Shown here: one piece after another, positions 1 through 9,830 of the stretch
Layout of the letters: every line of letters begins with the position of its first letter
Position numbering within the stretch: position 1 is the stretch's first letter
DNA from: a virus
Lineage: Duplodnaviria > Caudoviricetes
Direction: 5' to 3' (one strand)
DNA: 64,000 bases
Virus record (IMG/VR): IMGVR_UViG_3300020050_009209
Made by a program: the position numbers and the translations under genes
Notes under the pieces: generated by a model
What the model was told of the DNA's origin: nothing
Seen by the model: only the letters and a program-made list of their open reading frames with translations
The model's database searches: none

Positions 1-1
1 G

Positions 2-883
2 ACAATCAAGAACTCCTTGGTTGGGTTCGCCACGTTACCTTGGACAGTTCGAGGGTCTAGTGACTCCGTGGCAGCGGGTATGGATGCCGTTGACCGATGG
101 GCTGCGGATGCAAACTTGGTAAATGATACCGCAGGTAACGTACACTCCTGGATTGTACTTCGACAGACTGGAATTGCTACAAATTTCGAGATCTGCCTTG
201 ACCTCAACTCAAATGGTGGATCTGGGAACTTTGACTTCGTAGTGTCCCCTGGATCTGGGTTTACGGGAGGATCTACAACTGCAAGACCTACCGCAACAGA
301 TGAAGTGCTAACCCAAGCAAACTCAGCCTATGCGTGGTCGAACTTGGATGCAAATCATGTTGTCCATGTAATGCAATCTACGGATGGGCAGTGTACCAGA
401 GTTGCAGTTTGGAGAGCCTCAACGAACTTGTGTACCTTCTGGATTCTAGATAAGCCCGCCAACCCAGTGACAGGTTGGACAAAGCCCAGCCTATTTGGAA
501 CGGTAGGAGTTAGCTCAGGGGTTGTGAACACTGCTGGGCTATTCGGAGACTTTGCGAATACGACCCTCAAGGGGTATGGCTCAGCGGCTATGGTGCTGGC
601 AATGACAGGAGAGGGGTCTCAAGCTACGTCTGGACTCCTATCGAATCTTACTGGAATTGGAACCACTGCGAATAGTTTTGATGGTACTTGGCCCCTGTTC
701 CCAATAGGTATTGGGTCGATTACTGTAGCAATGCAGGGTAGGCACGGTACGGTGTTCGACCTGTGGTGGAGACCAACCTCTCTAGGGCAGATTGATACTT
801 TCCCCAATGACACCTCTCGTCAGTTTGTCGTGATGGGGGACTTTGTGCTCCCATGGGATGGGTCTGTACCTGTAATCACTTGA
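2..883 (+). CDS. Virion structural protein, 5' end probably outside window
   Basis: Frame is open from position 2 (ORF track start 17 is an internal TTG). G/S/T-rich, beta-rich composition; lies in the structural block. Confidence 0.55.
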   Translation, partial: TIKNSLVGFATLPWTVRGSSDSVAAGMDAVDRWAADANLVNDTAGNVHSWIVLRQTGIATNFEICLDLNSNGGSGNFDFVVSPGSGFTGGSTTARPTATDEVLTQANSAYAWSNLDANHVVHVMQSTDGQCTRVAVWRASTNLCTFWILDKPANPVTGWTKPSLFGTVGVSSGVVNTAGLFGDFANTTLKGYGSAAMVLAMTGEGSQATSGLLSNLTGIGTTANSFDGTWPLFPIGIGSITVAMQGRHGTVFDLWWRPTSLGQIDTFPNDTSRQFVVMGDFVLPWDGSVPVIT

Positions 884-889
884 GGTCAC

Positions 890-1165
890 ATGGCAACTGT
901 AGACGGAAATAGTATGACAGTGGTGGTGCTAGACGTATTACCTAGTACGAATCAAGCTCACTTCTCTACAAAGTCGGGTAACCTAAGGTCTTTTACGGTT
1001 ACTTACTACAAAATGCGTGCGAGAGACGTAGATTGCGGCTCCCTTACGTATCGTACTTGGGTGGTGTCCGGTTTTCCTGACCCTACGGGAGCATTGTATG
1101 CTGGAGCCCGATGTGGGGCAACAGCCCTAGCCGATGTGATTATCGCAGAAACTTGGCAGGTGTAA
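890..1165 (+). CDS. Small hypothetical protein, probably structural
   Basis: 91-aa ORF tightly packed between structural genes; GAGG upstream. Confidence 0.55.
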   Translation: MATVDGNSMTVVVLDVLPSTNQAHFSTKSGNLRSFTVTYYKMRARDVDCGSLTYRTWVVSGFPDPTGALYAGARCGATALADVIIAETWQV

Positions 1166-3475
1166 GTGTCCTTCGGGGTTAGCCCATACGGTACAACACC
1201 CTTTGGTGGAACTTCCTTGGTCTCAGGGGGGGTTTCCCTTGTTTCGTCCACTCCAGCTTCAGGTGCTACGGGGGTCTCTTCAAGTGCAAACGTAACCTTT
1301 CAGGTTAACGCTCCAGCTGAGTTTGATGAGCTAACGCTATCCGTCAAATTCAACACGGTTGAGGTGATACGTAACGGAGAGTTCTTAGCTGGCTACAGCG
1401 GGACGATAGCGTTTGCAGGCCCAGACTTAGATGTAAGTGTAACCACCCACCCGGCCTTCTCCTTTGGGGCCGTGACCGTGGATATCACGGCTTACGACCT
1501 TGCAGGCACGCTAGGTTCGATTAGCTACAGCTTTACTATAGGACTAGCTCTGGATGCAGCCCTCAGTGGGGATGCCACCCTCGTAGGTAGTGTCGATACC
1601 ATTCAAGCTCTGGATGCGGCTCTCAGTGGTAGCGCCACCCTCGTAGGGAGCGTAGACGGTATCCAACCCCTAGATGCGGCTCTCAGTGGGGATGCTACTC
1701 TTGTTGGGGATGCCTACATTATTCAGCCACTTGCTGCCACCCTCAGTGGCAGTGCTACGCTTACAGGGGAACTAAGTGGCTCACTCTTTCAAGTTGTATC
1801 CGCCCAATCCCTCAATTCCGTTACCCTTGTAGTTATTTTCTCCAACCCACCAGACTTTACAGTAGCAAGCGTAGTCAACCCTGCGAACTACACCTTCAAT
1901 GGTGGTTTGACGGCAGTTCGAGTTTTGCCAGATGCTAACCCTAACGCAGTTAGGTTGCTCACGGTAGAGCAAGACTACAAGTTGTATGTGGTCACTGTTG
2001 GAGGTACCGTTACTGCGGTAGGTGGGGCTACCGTAGACCCGCTAGCTAACTCTGGTACGTTTACAGGGTATCCTCTGACCCCAAAGTTCCTTGCGAGAGT
2101 GCAAGGACCTACAACGGTCAATGTCCTGTTCGCCCAACCTATGTTGGTCGATGCCGCACTAACGAATACCGCTAACTACACAATCCAGTCCTACTCTGGC
2201 GTAGCGATTCCAGTCCTTTCGGCTGTTGCCAATACTGGATCAAACGCGACTAGCGTAAGTCTGCGGGTAGGGGCGTTCCCTGCTGGAGTACCTCAGGTCC
2301 TCACGGTATCCTCGAATGTAAAAGCGGCAGATGGGCGTATTACCCAACCCAACTCTGCGAACCTTACGTGGGGGAAGATTCAGAACAAGACCTCCATCTC
2401 CCTTTCGAGCTTTACTGGGGAGGTAAGGGCGAGGAAGTTCTCCCCACTGGGGCTGAGCGAGACCTTACAACTGGAGAGTTCTCTCTCCGTTGTCCTAGCT
2501 CCTCTAAGGGAGGGTCCGGTAGAGGTAGAGGCTCTTTACGACTTTATTGACCTAGCAGAGGCCGTGACTGTAACCGGGTCTGGAGACCCTACCACAAGTC
2601 ACTCTATCTCAAATACGGACACGCTCCGAACCCATCTCTACGCCTCAGTTGCGGCTCAGCCAGATCTTCGTAACACGAGCGAAGTAAGCCTGGTAGATGA
2701 GTTGTTCTTCCAAGAGGGGTTGACGATTCTTCCGGACCTTGCTCAGGGTTTGGACCCTGCAATCTCGGATCTGTTCGGAAATCCAAATGGTCTTGTGTTC
2801 TTCTCTCCCTCTCTCAAGACCGGGGGGGCTCCTAGTTCCTCGCTAGCGGTAGATGAGGTGAAGGCCTGTACTCAGTCCTTTGATACGTACGAGTTCCCCA
2901 AGATTCTAGACCCCAACCCGTTCTACACGCATGGGGGAGGGATCAAGCCAACTCCAATCGCGACCCTCAACAACTCCGTATTCTATGCGGATTTCTACCG
3001 TCTAAAGGAAGCGAAGTACGGAGTACAGGACAAAAGGCTAGATACCGTACCAACTGTAGTCGACCTTACCGCTAGCTTCACGTTTACGGAAGTCACTTAC
3101 CCTCCAACGCGAGTAGCTCTACTGAACAACCCTGCTTGGGTGGTATTCAATAATGGGGTGGCGCCTCCCTACCCATTCATAACTACGGACAACTTGAGCC
3201 CTATCCCAGTAGGAGCTGTAACTTACCGTAGGCAGTACGCAAATCCGGCAGAGGTTCTATCGCTTGTTGAAGATGGTCTTCAGACCCTAACCGCAACGAG
3301 TGTGGCAGTTAGTGATACGCTCGCACTGTCTGAGGACTTCGACCTCACCCCTGGGGAGACCGTGGTTCAGGTTAACCTCGATGAGTCTCTATTAATAGTG
3401 GAGGACGTTACGACGCAACTTGGGGTGAACTTCTTTGAGGTTCTGGAGCTGGTTGAAGGAGTCACGATCCTTTGA
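1166..3475 (+). CDS. Virion protein with Ig-like domains and internal repeats
   Basis: Big-like segments (SSTPASGATGV..V.F; VVSAQSLNSVTLVVIFS...NPANYT; V.FAQPM...NTANYTI), four 20-aa repeats and C-terminal (D/E)xLxLxE repeats. Confidence 0.6.
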   Translation: MSFGVSPYGTTPFGGTSLVSGGVSLVSSTPASGATGVSSSANVTFQVNAPAEFDELTLSVKFNTVEVIRNGEFLAGYSGTIAFAGPDLDVSVTTHPAFSFGAVTVDITAYDLAGTLGSISYSFTIGLALDAALSGDATLVGSVDTIQALDAALSGSATLVGSVDGIQPLDAALSGDATLVGDAYIIQPLAATLSGSATLTGELSGSLFQVVSAQSLNSVTLVVIFSNPPDFTVASVVNPANYTFNGGLTAVRVLPDANPNAVRLLTVEQDYKLYVVTVGGTVTAVGGATVDPLANSGTFTGYPLTPKFLARVQGPTTVNVLFAQPMLVDAALTNTANYTIQSYSGVAIPVLSAVANTGSNATSVSLRVGAFPAGVPQVLTVSSNVKAADGRITQPNSANLTWGKIQNKTSISLSSFTGEVRARKFSPLGLSETLQLESSLSVVLAPLREGPVEVEALYDFIDLAEAVTVTGSGDPTTSHSISNTDTLRTHLYASVAAQPDLRNTSEVSLVDELFFQEGLTILPDLAQGLDPAISDLFGNPNGLVFFSPSLKTGGAPSSSLAVDEVKACTQSFDTYEFPKILDPNPFYTHGGGIKPTPIATLNNSVFYADFYRLKEAKYGVQDKRLDTVPTVVDLTASFTFTEVTYPPTRVALLNNPAWVVFNNGVAPPYPFITTDNLSPIPVGAVTYRRQYANPAEVLSLVEDGLQTLTATSVAVSDTLALSEDFDLTPGETVVQVNLDESLLIVEDVTTQLGVNFFEVLELVEGVTIL
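1547..1780 (+). repeat. Four degenerate 60-bp (20-aa) in-frame tandem repeats, LDAALSG(D/S)ATLVG
   Basis: Visible in both DNA (ctcagtgg at 60-nt spacing) and protein. Confidence 0.9.
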
Positions 3476-3488
3476 TAACTTCTACCTC
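3469..3488 (+). promoter_or_regulatory. Putative late-promoter motif CCTTTGATAACTTCTACCTC
   Basis: Near-identical to CTTTTGATACTCTACCTC at 54426 and CCTTTGATA at 52793; all three lie just upstream of genes. Confidence 0.4.
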
Positions 3489-3516
3489 CATTGAAGTCCT
3501 AGGCTGAGGAGATGAC

Positions 3517-4158
3517 ATGAAGGTAAATGAAGCTCTTAACCAGTTGGCAAGCCGCTTTTTTGGTGCTCTTCGTCCAAAGTATGAGGAGAATGCCAGATTA
3601 GGTATCCGAGGGGATGTCTTTATCTCCTTGAGAGACGGGGCAAGTGGTGAACTTCAAGACTACCGGGAACGTCGTAATCTTATCGTAAAAGATGCCTCGA
3701 TCCTCGTCGCCCGTCTGATGAAAGACAGTGCCGAGCCGCCAAAGGGTATCTTTACGTTAGCGGTAGGTACTGGAGATACGGGGTGGAACCCTCTGGCTCC
3801 TCCTGCTCCTACGAACACTCAGAGGGCCCTCTACTCAGAGCTGACCCGCAAGACGTTTTCGCAGACCCGCTTCATTGACGCGGCTGGAATCCCGACTGCT
3901 ACCCCAACAAATGTTGTGGACTTCACAGCAATCTTCACGGAGGCTGAAGCTGTAGGTCCCCTTGTTGAGATGGGTTTGATTGGTGGCAATATCTCCACCA
4001 ACCTCTCGGTTCGCAACCCAGTACTTCCTCCGAATGGGCCTTACAACCCAGCCGTGGACTTGACGACCAAAGAGACTTTGGTGAATTTCCTTACTTTTCC
4101 TATAATTTCTAAACCAGCTACCTCAACTCTTGAGATAACGTGGAGATTGAGTTTTTGA
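3517..4158 (+). CDS. Tail/baseplate structural protein (tail-collar/fibre-attachment-like)
   Basis: Motifs NLIV...AVGTG...P..T...L..E..RK...F...EA.G.L.EMGL..G and FP.ISK, typical of phage tail-attachment proteins; GAGGAG SD. Confidence 0.6.
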   Translation: MKVNEALNQLASRFFGALRPKYEENARLGIRGDVFISLRDGASGELQDYRERRNLIVKDASILVARLMKDSAEPPKGIFTLAVGTGDTGWNPLAPPAPTNTQRALYSELTRKTFSQTRFIDAAGIPTATPTNVVDFTAIFTEAEAVGPLVEMGLIGGNISTNLSVRNPVLPPNGPYNPAVDLTTKETLVNFLTFPIISKPATSTLEITWRLSF

Positions 4159-4170
4159 GTGGGTTAAGAT

Positions 4171-5004
4171 ATGAAGACCTGCACTAAATGCAAGACTCTC
4201 AAATCTCTTGATGAGTTTGTCCTGGACAAACGGCGTGCCGATGGGCGTGGCTCATGGTGTTTGGGTTGTTCCAGGACGTACTCCAAGGCCCTATACCAGC
4301 GTTCAGATCAGAAGGCAGCTAAGCAGCAATACTACATCGAAAACAAGACTGAGCTTAACGCCCAGTCACGTCAGCGTTGGGTCAAGAATAAAGTTCGATA
4401 TAAGGTCGCCGCTGACAAGTGGTCTGAGGCAAACCGAGACTCTATGCTTTCTTACTATCGCCTTCGGGGAAGCGAACATAGAGCGGCTTTAGGGGTTTTG
4501 AAGGAAGGCAAGCCGTGTCTTGATTGTGGGGGGCTATTTCCTCCGTTCTGCATGGAGTATGATCATGTTCGAGGAGAGAAACGTTTTGCCCTAGGTAAGA
4601 TGGCAAACCACCGTCTAGAGGCCGTGCTTGACGAGATCGCCAAGTGTGAGTTGGTGTGTTGTGCCTGTCATCGAGTGCGAACTAACATTCGCAAAGGACC
4701 TTCGAGTATCCCTAAAGTCCAAGAGTTCAGAACTTGGCTCAATGAGTTGAAGTCAGCCCCATGTTTGGATTGCGGTAAGACTTTTCATTCTGTAGCGATG
4801 GACTTCGATCATGTGCGGGACGTTAAGGTATTGGAAATATCTCAAATGTGGTCTTGGGGGCGTGATCGTGTACTGGCGGAGATTGACAAGTGTGAGTTGG
4901 TTTGTGCTAACTGCCATCGAGTTCGGACGCAGTCTCGTCGGGTAGGGGGTAAAGTAAACTCTACTGAGCCCGTAAATAATCGTTCAATGGTGGAGACTCA
5001 GTAA
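4171..5004 (+). CDS. Free-standing HNH homing endonuclease with N-terminal Zn finger and two tandem HNH domains
   Basis: CTKC...CLGC, then two copies of PCLDCG...(Y/F)DHVR...KCELVC(C/A)xCHRVRT. Confidence 0.85.
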   Translation: MKTCTKCKTLKSLDEFVLDKRRADGRGSWCLGCSRTYSKALYQRSDQKAAKQQYYIENKTELNAQSRQRWVKNKVRYKVAADKWSEANRDSMLSYYRLRGSEHRAALGVLKEGKPCLDCGGLFPPFCMEYDHVRGEKRFALGKMANHRLEAVLDEIAKCELVCCACHRVRTNIRKGPSSIPKVQEFRTWLNELKSAPCLDCGKTFHSVAMDFDHVRDVKVLEISQMWSWGRDRVLAEIDKCELVCANCHRVRTQSRRVGGKVNSTEPVNNRSMVETQ

Positions 5005-7637
5005 TGGGAACGAAAAACTACGGACCAGCAGTTAGTGGCTTCCTCGACTCTGAGGGTAGGAATTGGGAGAATCCGGTTTTCCAGGCAGGTAAGCCTGTTC
5101 TGGATAAGGAGCTGAATCTCAGTGAGGACATTGCTAACTCGTTTAGCTTGGGCCTCACAAAGCAGCTAGCCACCTCAGGGTGGCTGACCGCAGACCACTT
5201 GAATAAGTCCAACCCAACTGCGGCAATGTTTGTGTCCTCAGCGACAGTAAACACGCTTGTCCTTGCGAACAACCTTAAGGCGCTAGTTAACGGGTGGTTC
5301 TTAGATGTGGCCTCCACTGGCAACTTAACCCTAAATCAGATTAGTCTTGGGGCGGGTCCTGTAGGTAATGGGGCCAAGCGTACGGACCTAGTGATCCTTG
5401 AGGTTTGGCGCAAGCTTGTCTCAGCCTCACCCAGTACCGATGGTAAGAGCCCACTAGGTAGAATCTGGAAGAACGGTAACGTCAAGATTCAAGCTGCGGA
5501 TGACGCAGTACTGAACTTTGCGGATGATATCCTGGATGCAGTAGTAGCCTCTGAGACCGCAAAGAGAGTCCAGATTCAATATAGACTGAGGGTTATCTCT
5601 GGGATCGACCTCTTTGCTTACCCAGCGGGCATTGACGACCCTGCCATTGTTGCAAATTCCACACCTGCTGGTGGAGTTGCTGACGGTGTTGCAACGCTCT
5701 TCACTTACACAAATCAAAGCGCGAATGGAGACCCAGGTCTCTGGAGAGCTGGAGATGGAGTTCCGAGCAACACGATAAGCTCTGTTGACGGGTACATCTA
5801 CGCGATTCCTCTATGTGCTGTTTTTAGGCGCAACACCACTGCTTGGGATCGCAACCTAAACCAAAATGGTGGCGCACCTTCTCCTGGCCCCTCGACTCGA
5901 CCTGATGGGTATCTAACGGATGTCCTAGTCCAGAAGGATGTCGTAGACCTACGACAGGTGACCTCAGTACGAGGTTGGGAAAACTATCAGGAAATCGGGG
6001 AGAAGAACTTCAACTTCCTCCTTGACAACGCTCTGAAAACAGAGTGGGGCACCTCTACTCTAGGTGGAGGTTCGGTAGGGCATACCTTTCTGTGGGCAGA
6101 TGAGATCGGAATCCTACCTGGGGACAGCGTAACGACTGGAGATACTCCAGGAGCCCAACTGCTTGGGCAGTTCGACTGTACTCGCAGGTTCATCTCGGAT
6201 CGTTCCATCTACGAGGTCCTCACCTTCAAGGTGGCTCCAGGCGACCCTCAGGTATCTACTGGCACTTGGCAAGCGGGTACAATCGTAACCGTGAATCCAA
6301 CGATACTTGCGCAGTACCCCTTTTCTGGGGCAGCTGTAGGGTTCATCAATCGAGCCCCAGCTGGGACGAGGATTCTAGACCTACTAGGAGCTAGAATTGG
6401 CGGAGTCCTTGGAGGCGAAAAGTACCTTGACGTTGGGATTATTCAAGCAACGGCCCCTGCAACAACCTCTTCGGTTTACCCGGTAACGAATGTGACAGGA
6501 CTTGGAGCGTACCCTCCTGGTAACGTAGCGATCACTCTAGGTACTCCTCCAATTGGTGGTTTGACTACGGAAGCAATCTACATTGACTTTCTTGTTGCCT
6601 ACCCTTCCGGGGCAGGGTTGTCAAAGACCCCAACCGCAGACTTTGGGGCAGCTAGCTTTGAGGTGAACAACCCTATCGCCCTGACCGCTGGGGTGCCTGT
6701 ATCCTACGCTGCAATGCAAACCAGAGCCTATGACTATGCACATAGAGAGGCTCAGATTCAGTACAAAACTTCGACGATCACTACAACCTTCTCAGCGTAC
6801 TCGACCATAAACCCTGGATCGAAGTACCTGATGCCTGAGCGAGTGCTCAATCTTGTCCAAGTTCGAGTCAATGGCGGAGCCCTTCCTGGTGTTGGTGGGA
6901 CGGTAGACGCTAGTGGTCGATTGCTGACGCTTGTTGGAGGTACTACGGCCCCTGGGGATGTTGTGGCTGTAGACTATGAGGCGATTCGACCTATGCCTCA
7001 GTGTGGCGTACAGATGACCCTGTACTACGAGGCACGAGCAGCTCAGACTGTTCGCTCAAGCCTGTTAGGTACCAGCCAGGTTCTCCAACCACGTTGGGTC
7101 TCTCCCTTCTTGTACGTCTTTACTTCAGCCTCAGGTTCGCAAGGGGAAAGCTATCCCTTCCCTTATGGATATGTCCAGACGGGTGGCCTGAACAAGTCTT
7201 CTGGTTCGTTTACCGGAGAGCATGAGCTAGACGGACCTCCCGAAATTTTCATCTCTGACTTTAACGCAAGTACTGGCTTTTTGAGAGTACCTGTAGTACT
7301 ACCCTATTCGCCAACAGACGAGGTGACTCTAACTCGGGCGCTAATTGATGCAGATATCGAGGATAGGACCTACTTCACTGGCTCTTCGTCCAGTTACAAG
7401 CCCAGTGCATTCGCGCAGAGTCTATCGGACGAACGAGTCCACAAGGTAGTGCTACCTATGGTCATGGAGACGACGGTAGACACGACCTTAGGGCGTAAAG
7501 GGACTTTGGTCCTAGTCCTACTAAGCAGGTGGGCTGAATTTGACTCAGAGAACAGCGTCAAGTTTCTTGCGTCAGGTAACTCCACAACTGCAAGTATCTT
7601 CCGCCTCTCTGGAAATCTTCTCAACAGGAGAATCTGA
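5004..7637 (+). CDS. Large tail/baseplate protein, paralog of 18032..22588
   Basis: N-terminal FQAGKPVLDKELN; shares GDPGLWRAGDG and VDGYxYAIPLCAVFRRN with 18032..22588. Confidence 0.65.
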   Translation: MGTKNYGPAVSGFLDSEGRNWENPVFQAGKPVLDKELNLSEDIANSFSLGLTKQLATSGWLTADHLNKSNPTAAMFVSSATVNTLVLANNLKALVNGWFLDVASTGNLTLNQISLGAGPVGNGAKRTDLVILEVWRKLVSASPSTDGKSPLGRIWKNGNVKIQAADDAVLNFADDILDAVVASETAKRVQIQYRLRVISGIDLFAYPAGIDDPAIVANSTPAGGVADGVATLFTYTNQSANGDPGLWRAGDGVPSNTISSVDGYIYAIPLCAVFRRNTTAWDRNLNQNGGAPSPGPSTRPDGYLTDVLVQKDVVDLRQVTSVRGWENYQEIGEKNFNFLLDNALKTEWGTSTLGGGSVGHTFLWADEIGILPGDSVTTGDTPGAQLLGQFDCTRRFISDRSIYEVLTFKVAPGDPQVSTGTWQAGTIVTVNPTILAQYPFSGAAVGFINRAPAGTRILDLLGARIGGVLGGEKYLDVGIIQATAPATTSSVYPVTNVTGLGAYPPGNVAITLGTPPIGGLTTEAIYIDFLVAYPSGAGLSKTPTADFGAASFEVNNPIALTAGVPVSYAAMQTRAYDYAHREAQIQYKTSTITTTFSAYSTINPGSKYLMPERVLNLVQVRVNGGALPGVGGTVDASGRLLTLVGGTTAPGDVVAVDYEAIRPMPQCGVQMTLYYEARAAQTVRSSLLGTSQVLQPRWVSPFLYVFTSASGSQGESYPFPYGYVQTGGLNKSSGSFTGEHELDGPPEIFISDFNASTGFLRVPVVLPYSPTDEVTLTRALIDADIEDRTYFTGSSSSYKPSAFAQSLSDERVHKVVLPMVMETTVDTTLGRKGTLVLVLLSRWAEFDSENSVKFLASGNSTTASIFRLSGNLLNRRI

Positions 7638-9760
7638 TGCCATCGAATAAAGATCCTTCTGTAGTGCTTCCAGGTGCGGGTAGGCTTGCGGCTGGGCAAG
7701 TCAGCGCAAGCTCAATCTCCTTCCCCTTCGGCGGGGCTGGAGACCTCCTGAACCACCTTGCGGACCCTACAGACGCTCACATGAGTGGGGCCATTGGTAT
7801 CCCTGAGACCAACCCTGTCACGGGGCAGCCTCTGCTATCTAGCGTAAATGGTCCCTATGATGGGGAGTCCGTGATGGATGCCCTCACGGCCATTGCAGAC
7901 CTGTTCCCAACCCGTCCAGATCGAATTGGATTTGATGGGTCAATTGTAAACTCTGGCCTTACGAATTGGTCGAATGCTCTAAGTGCAAATGCGATCAAGG
8001 GTGGATGGACAGACGGAGCAAGTGGTATTGTGACCAAATACCTAACTCCAAACGGAAGTTTGGGGGCCCAGACCATTGGAGGTATGGTATATCCAGCCGA
8101 CCGAGGGGTTCTTGCGCTGTACAAGACGACAGCAGGTGACTTCTTCAATGCTGCTCAGACCACCCTTGAAATGGCTCTGTGGTTGGGGGTCAACCCTCCT
8201 CCTGCTGGCATCCCAGGGGCAGCGTTTGTAGAGGCCACGAGACCAACAGGTCAAACAGCGTATGTAGCTTCCGGGGCGGGTCTAGATAAGATCTCCTTGT
8301 CGGCTAGACTTCCATACTCTGCATCCTACCCAGGACTAGAGTATACGGCTTTTGGTACGAACTTCTCGACCTACCAACTAGGTAAGTACAGCTTCAGTAT
8401 CACTCTGATTGCTGGCGACAATGACAGCTATCTCCTAGTGCATTGGAAGCACACCTATGGGATATCCCTAGCTGCGATCCAACCTGCGAACTTGACCGCA
8501 CTGACCCTAGTCGCCACCAACTGCTTTTCAGCAGTGCCCTCGGATGGGGCTAACTACGACAATGCAAACCGTTCTTTGATTTTCTTGGATACGGCTTCTG
8601 GAAGCGGGCCTACCCCAACGACGATCACCTCAGCACCCGCTGGGACTGTAACGGTCACAAAGTACTCTGGAGTCAACCACTACAACTCCACAGGGCTTCA
8701 GTTCAACATTACAGCGAAGGCTACTGGCGTTTTCACGAACTCCTACTTCACGAATACCGTAGCCAGCGGTAGCGTTCCAGCGGCCTTCACGTCTGCTAGT
8801 ACTCCAGTACAAGTCGACATGTCAGCCTTTGGAGGTACAGTGCAGAACATTGCGCTGTACAACAACACGAAGATCGTGAATGACGCTGGAGGTGCTGTAT
8901 ACACTACGGTAGCTCCTCCTTCAAGCGGACATACGGCTAGATTTGAGGATGCAACTCAGGGGATTGGCGCTCCTGGCAATGGTATTCCATTCCCGTATGC
9001 AAGCCTTTCCATCAACTGGAATGGCACCTTTACAGGGTCCGTCCTCCAGAGTAGTACAGAGGTGTATCTGTACAATACGGTTGGGGGAACTCTAACCACT
9101 CAGACCTTAGAGCCTTTCAACGACGAAGGCTATAGGCACATTTCTACGTTTGCAGCTAACAACCCTGTAACCCCCATTCTCCCAGCGGGTGGAGATGTAT
9201 ACGTATCGGCTACAGCGCTAGCAGCGAATGATGGGAACCTTCAGGTACTCTCAGGTCGAATTGCTTACCCATCGATCGACTTTACTGTAGCTCCTGTAAA
9301 TCCAGTGACTGCTGGGTGTAACTATGCTGCGGTCCTTGCGGGAGATGCTGCAAACCATAAGCGTAGGTATGTCCGAGCGTTCAATACTGGCTTTGCTCGA
9401 AACACGGGTAAGCTGAGAATCACGGGATTGTCCTTCGCTTCTTTTGACACTGGAATTGCAGCTGTAGACCCAGCAGAGTTGACGGATCATCCTGGGGGCG
9501 CCATTGTCCAAATAAAGGTTCCTGGGGCTACCGGATGGCTTGACCTAGGTCGAGCAGACGGTCTACCAGACCTCGCTAAGGTTGCGGACTTCCGTGGTTG
9601 TCGCACAGGAATTGCTGGGGACGTGTACACTTTCGATACAGGTGGGTTCACGTCCGATAACGGCAGTGGTTTGTTTTTGCTCTTTGTTCGGGTGACTCTA
9701 ATCAAGAATGGCACGGGTCAGACTCTTAACGTTCAAGAGATTGAGTGGCTTCCACCGTGA
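7637..9760 (+). CDS. Virion structural protein
   Basis: 707 aa, G/T/A-rich; HLADPTDAH motif typical of fibre trimerisation segments; TGATG coupling to the upstream gene. Confidence 0.6.
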   Translation: MPSNKDPSVVLPGAGRLAAGQVSASSISFPFGGAGDLLNHLADPTDAHMSGAIGIPETNPVTGQPLLSSVNGPYDGESVMDALTAIADLFPTRPDRIGFDGSIVNSGLTNWSNALSANAIKGGWTDGASGIVTKYLTPNGSLGAQTIGGMVYPADRGVLALYKTTAGDFFNAAQTTLEMALWLGVNPPPAGIPGAAFVEATRPTGQTAYVASGAGLDKISLSARLPYSASYPGLEYTAFGTNFSTYQLGKYSFSITLIAGDNDSYLLVHWKHTYGISLAAIQPANLTALTLVATNCFSAVPSDGANYDNANRSLIFLDTASGSGPTPTTITSAPAGTVTVTKYSGVNHYNSTGLQFNITAKATGVFTNSYFTNTVASGSVPAAFTSASTPVQVDMSAFGGTVQNIALYNNTKIVNDAGGAVYTTVAPPSSGHTARFEDATQGIGAPGNGIPFPYASLSINWNGTFTGSVLQSSTEVYLYNTVGGTLTTQTLEPFNDEGYRHISTFAANNPVTPILPAGGDVYVSATALAANDGNLQVLSGRIAYPSIDFTVAPVNPVTAGCNYAAVLAGDAANHKRRYVRAFNTGFARNTGKLRITGLSFASFDTGIAAVDPAELTDHPGGAIVQIKVPGATGWLDLGRADGLPDLAKVADFRGCRTGIAGDVYTFDTGGFTSDNGSGLFLLFVRVTLIKNGTGQTLNVQEIEWLPP

Positions 9761-9830
9761 CGGATAACGGCATGAACCTTTTATCGTCTGAGCTAGAGAG
9801 TTAGCTAGAGAAGCTGAGTAGGAAATTTAC

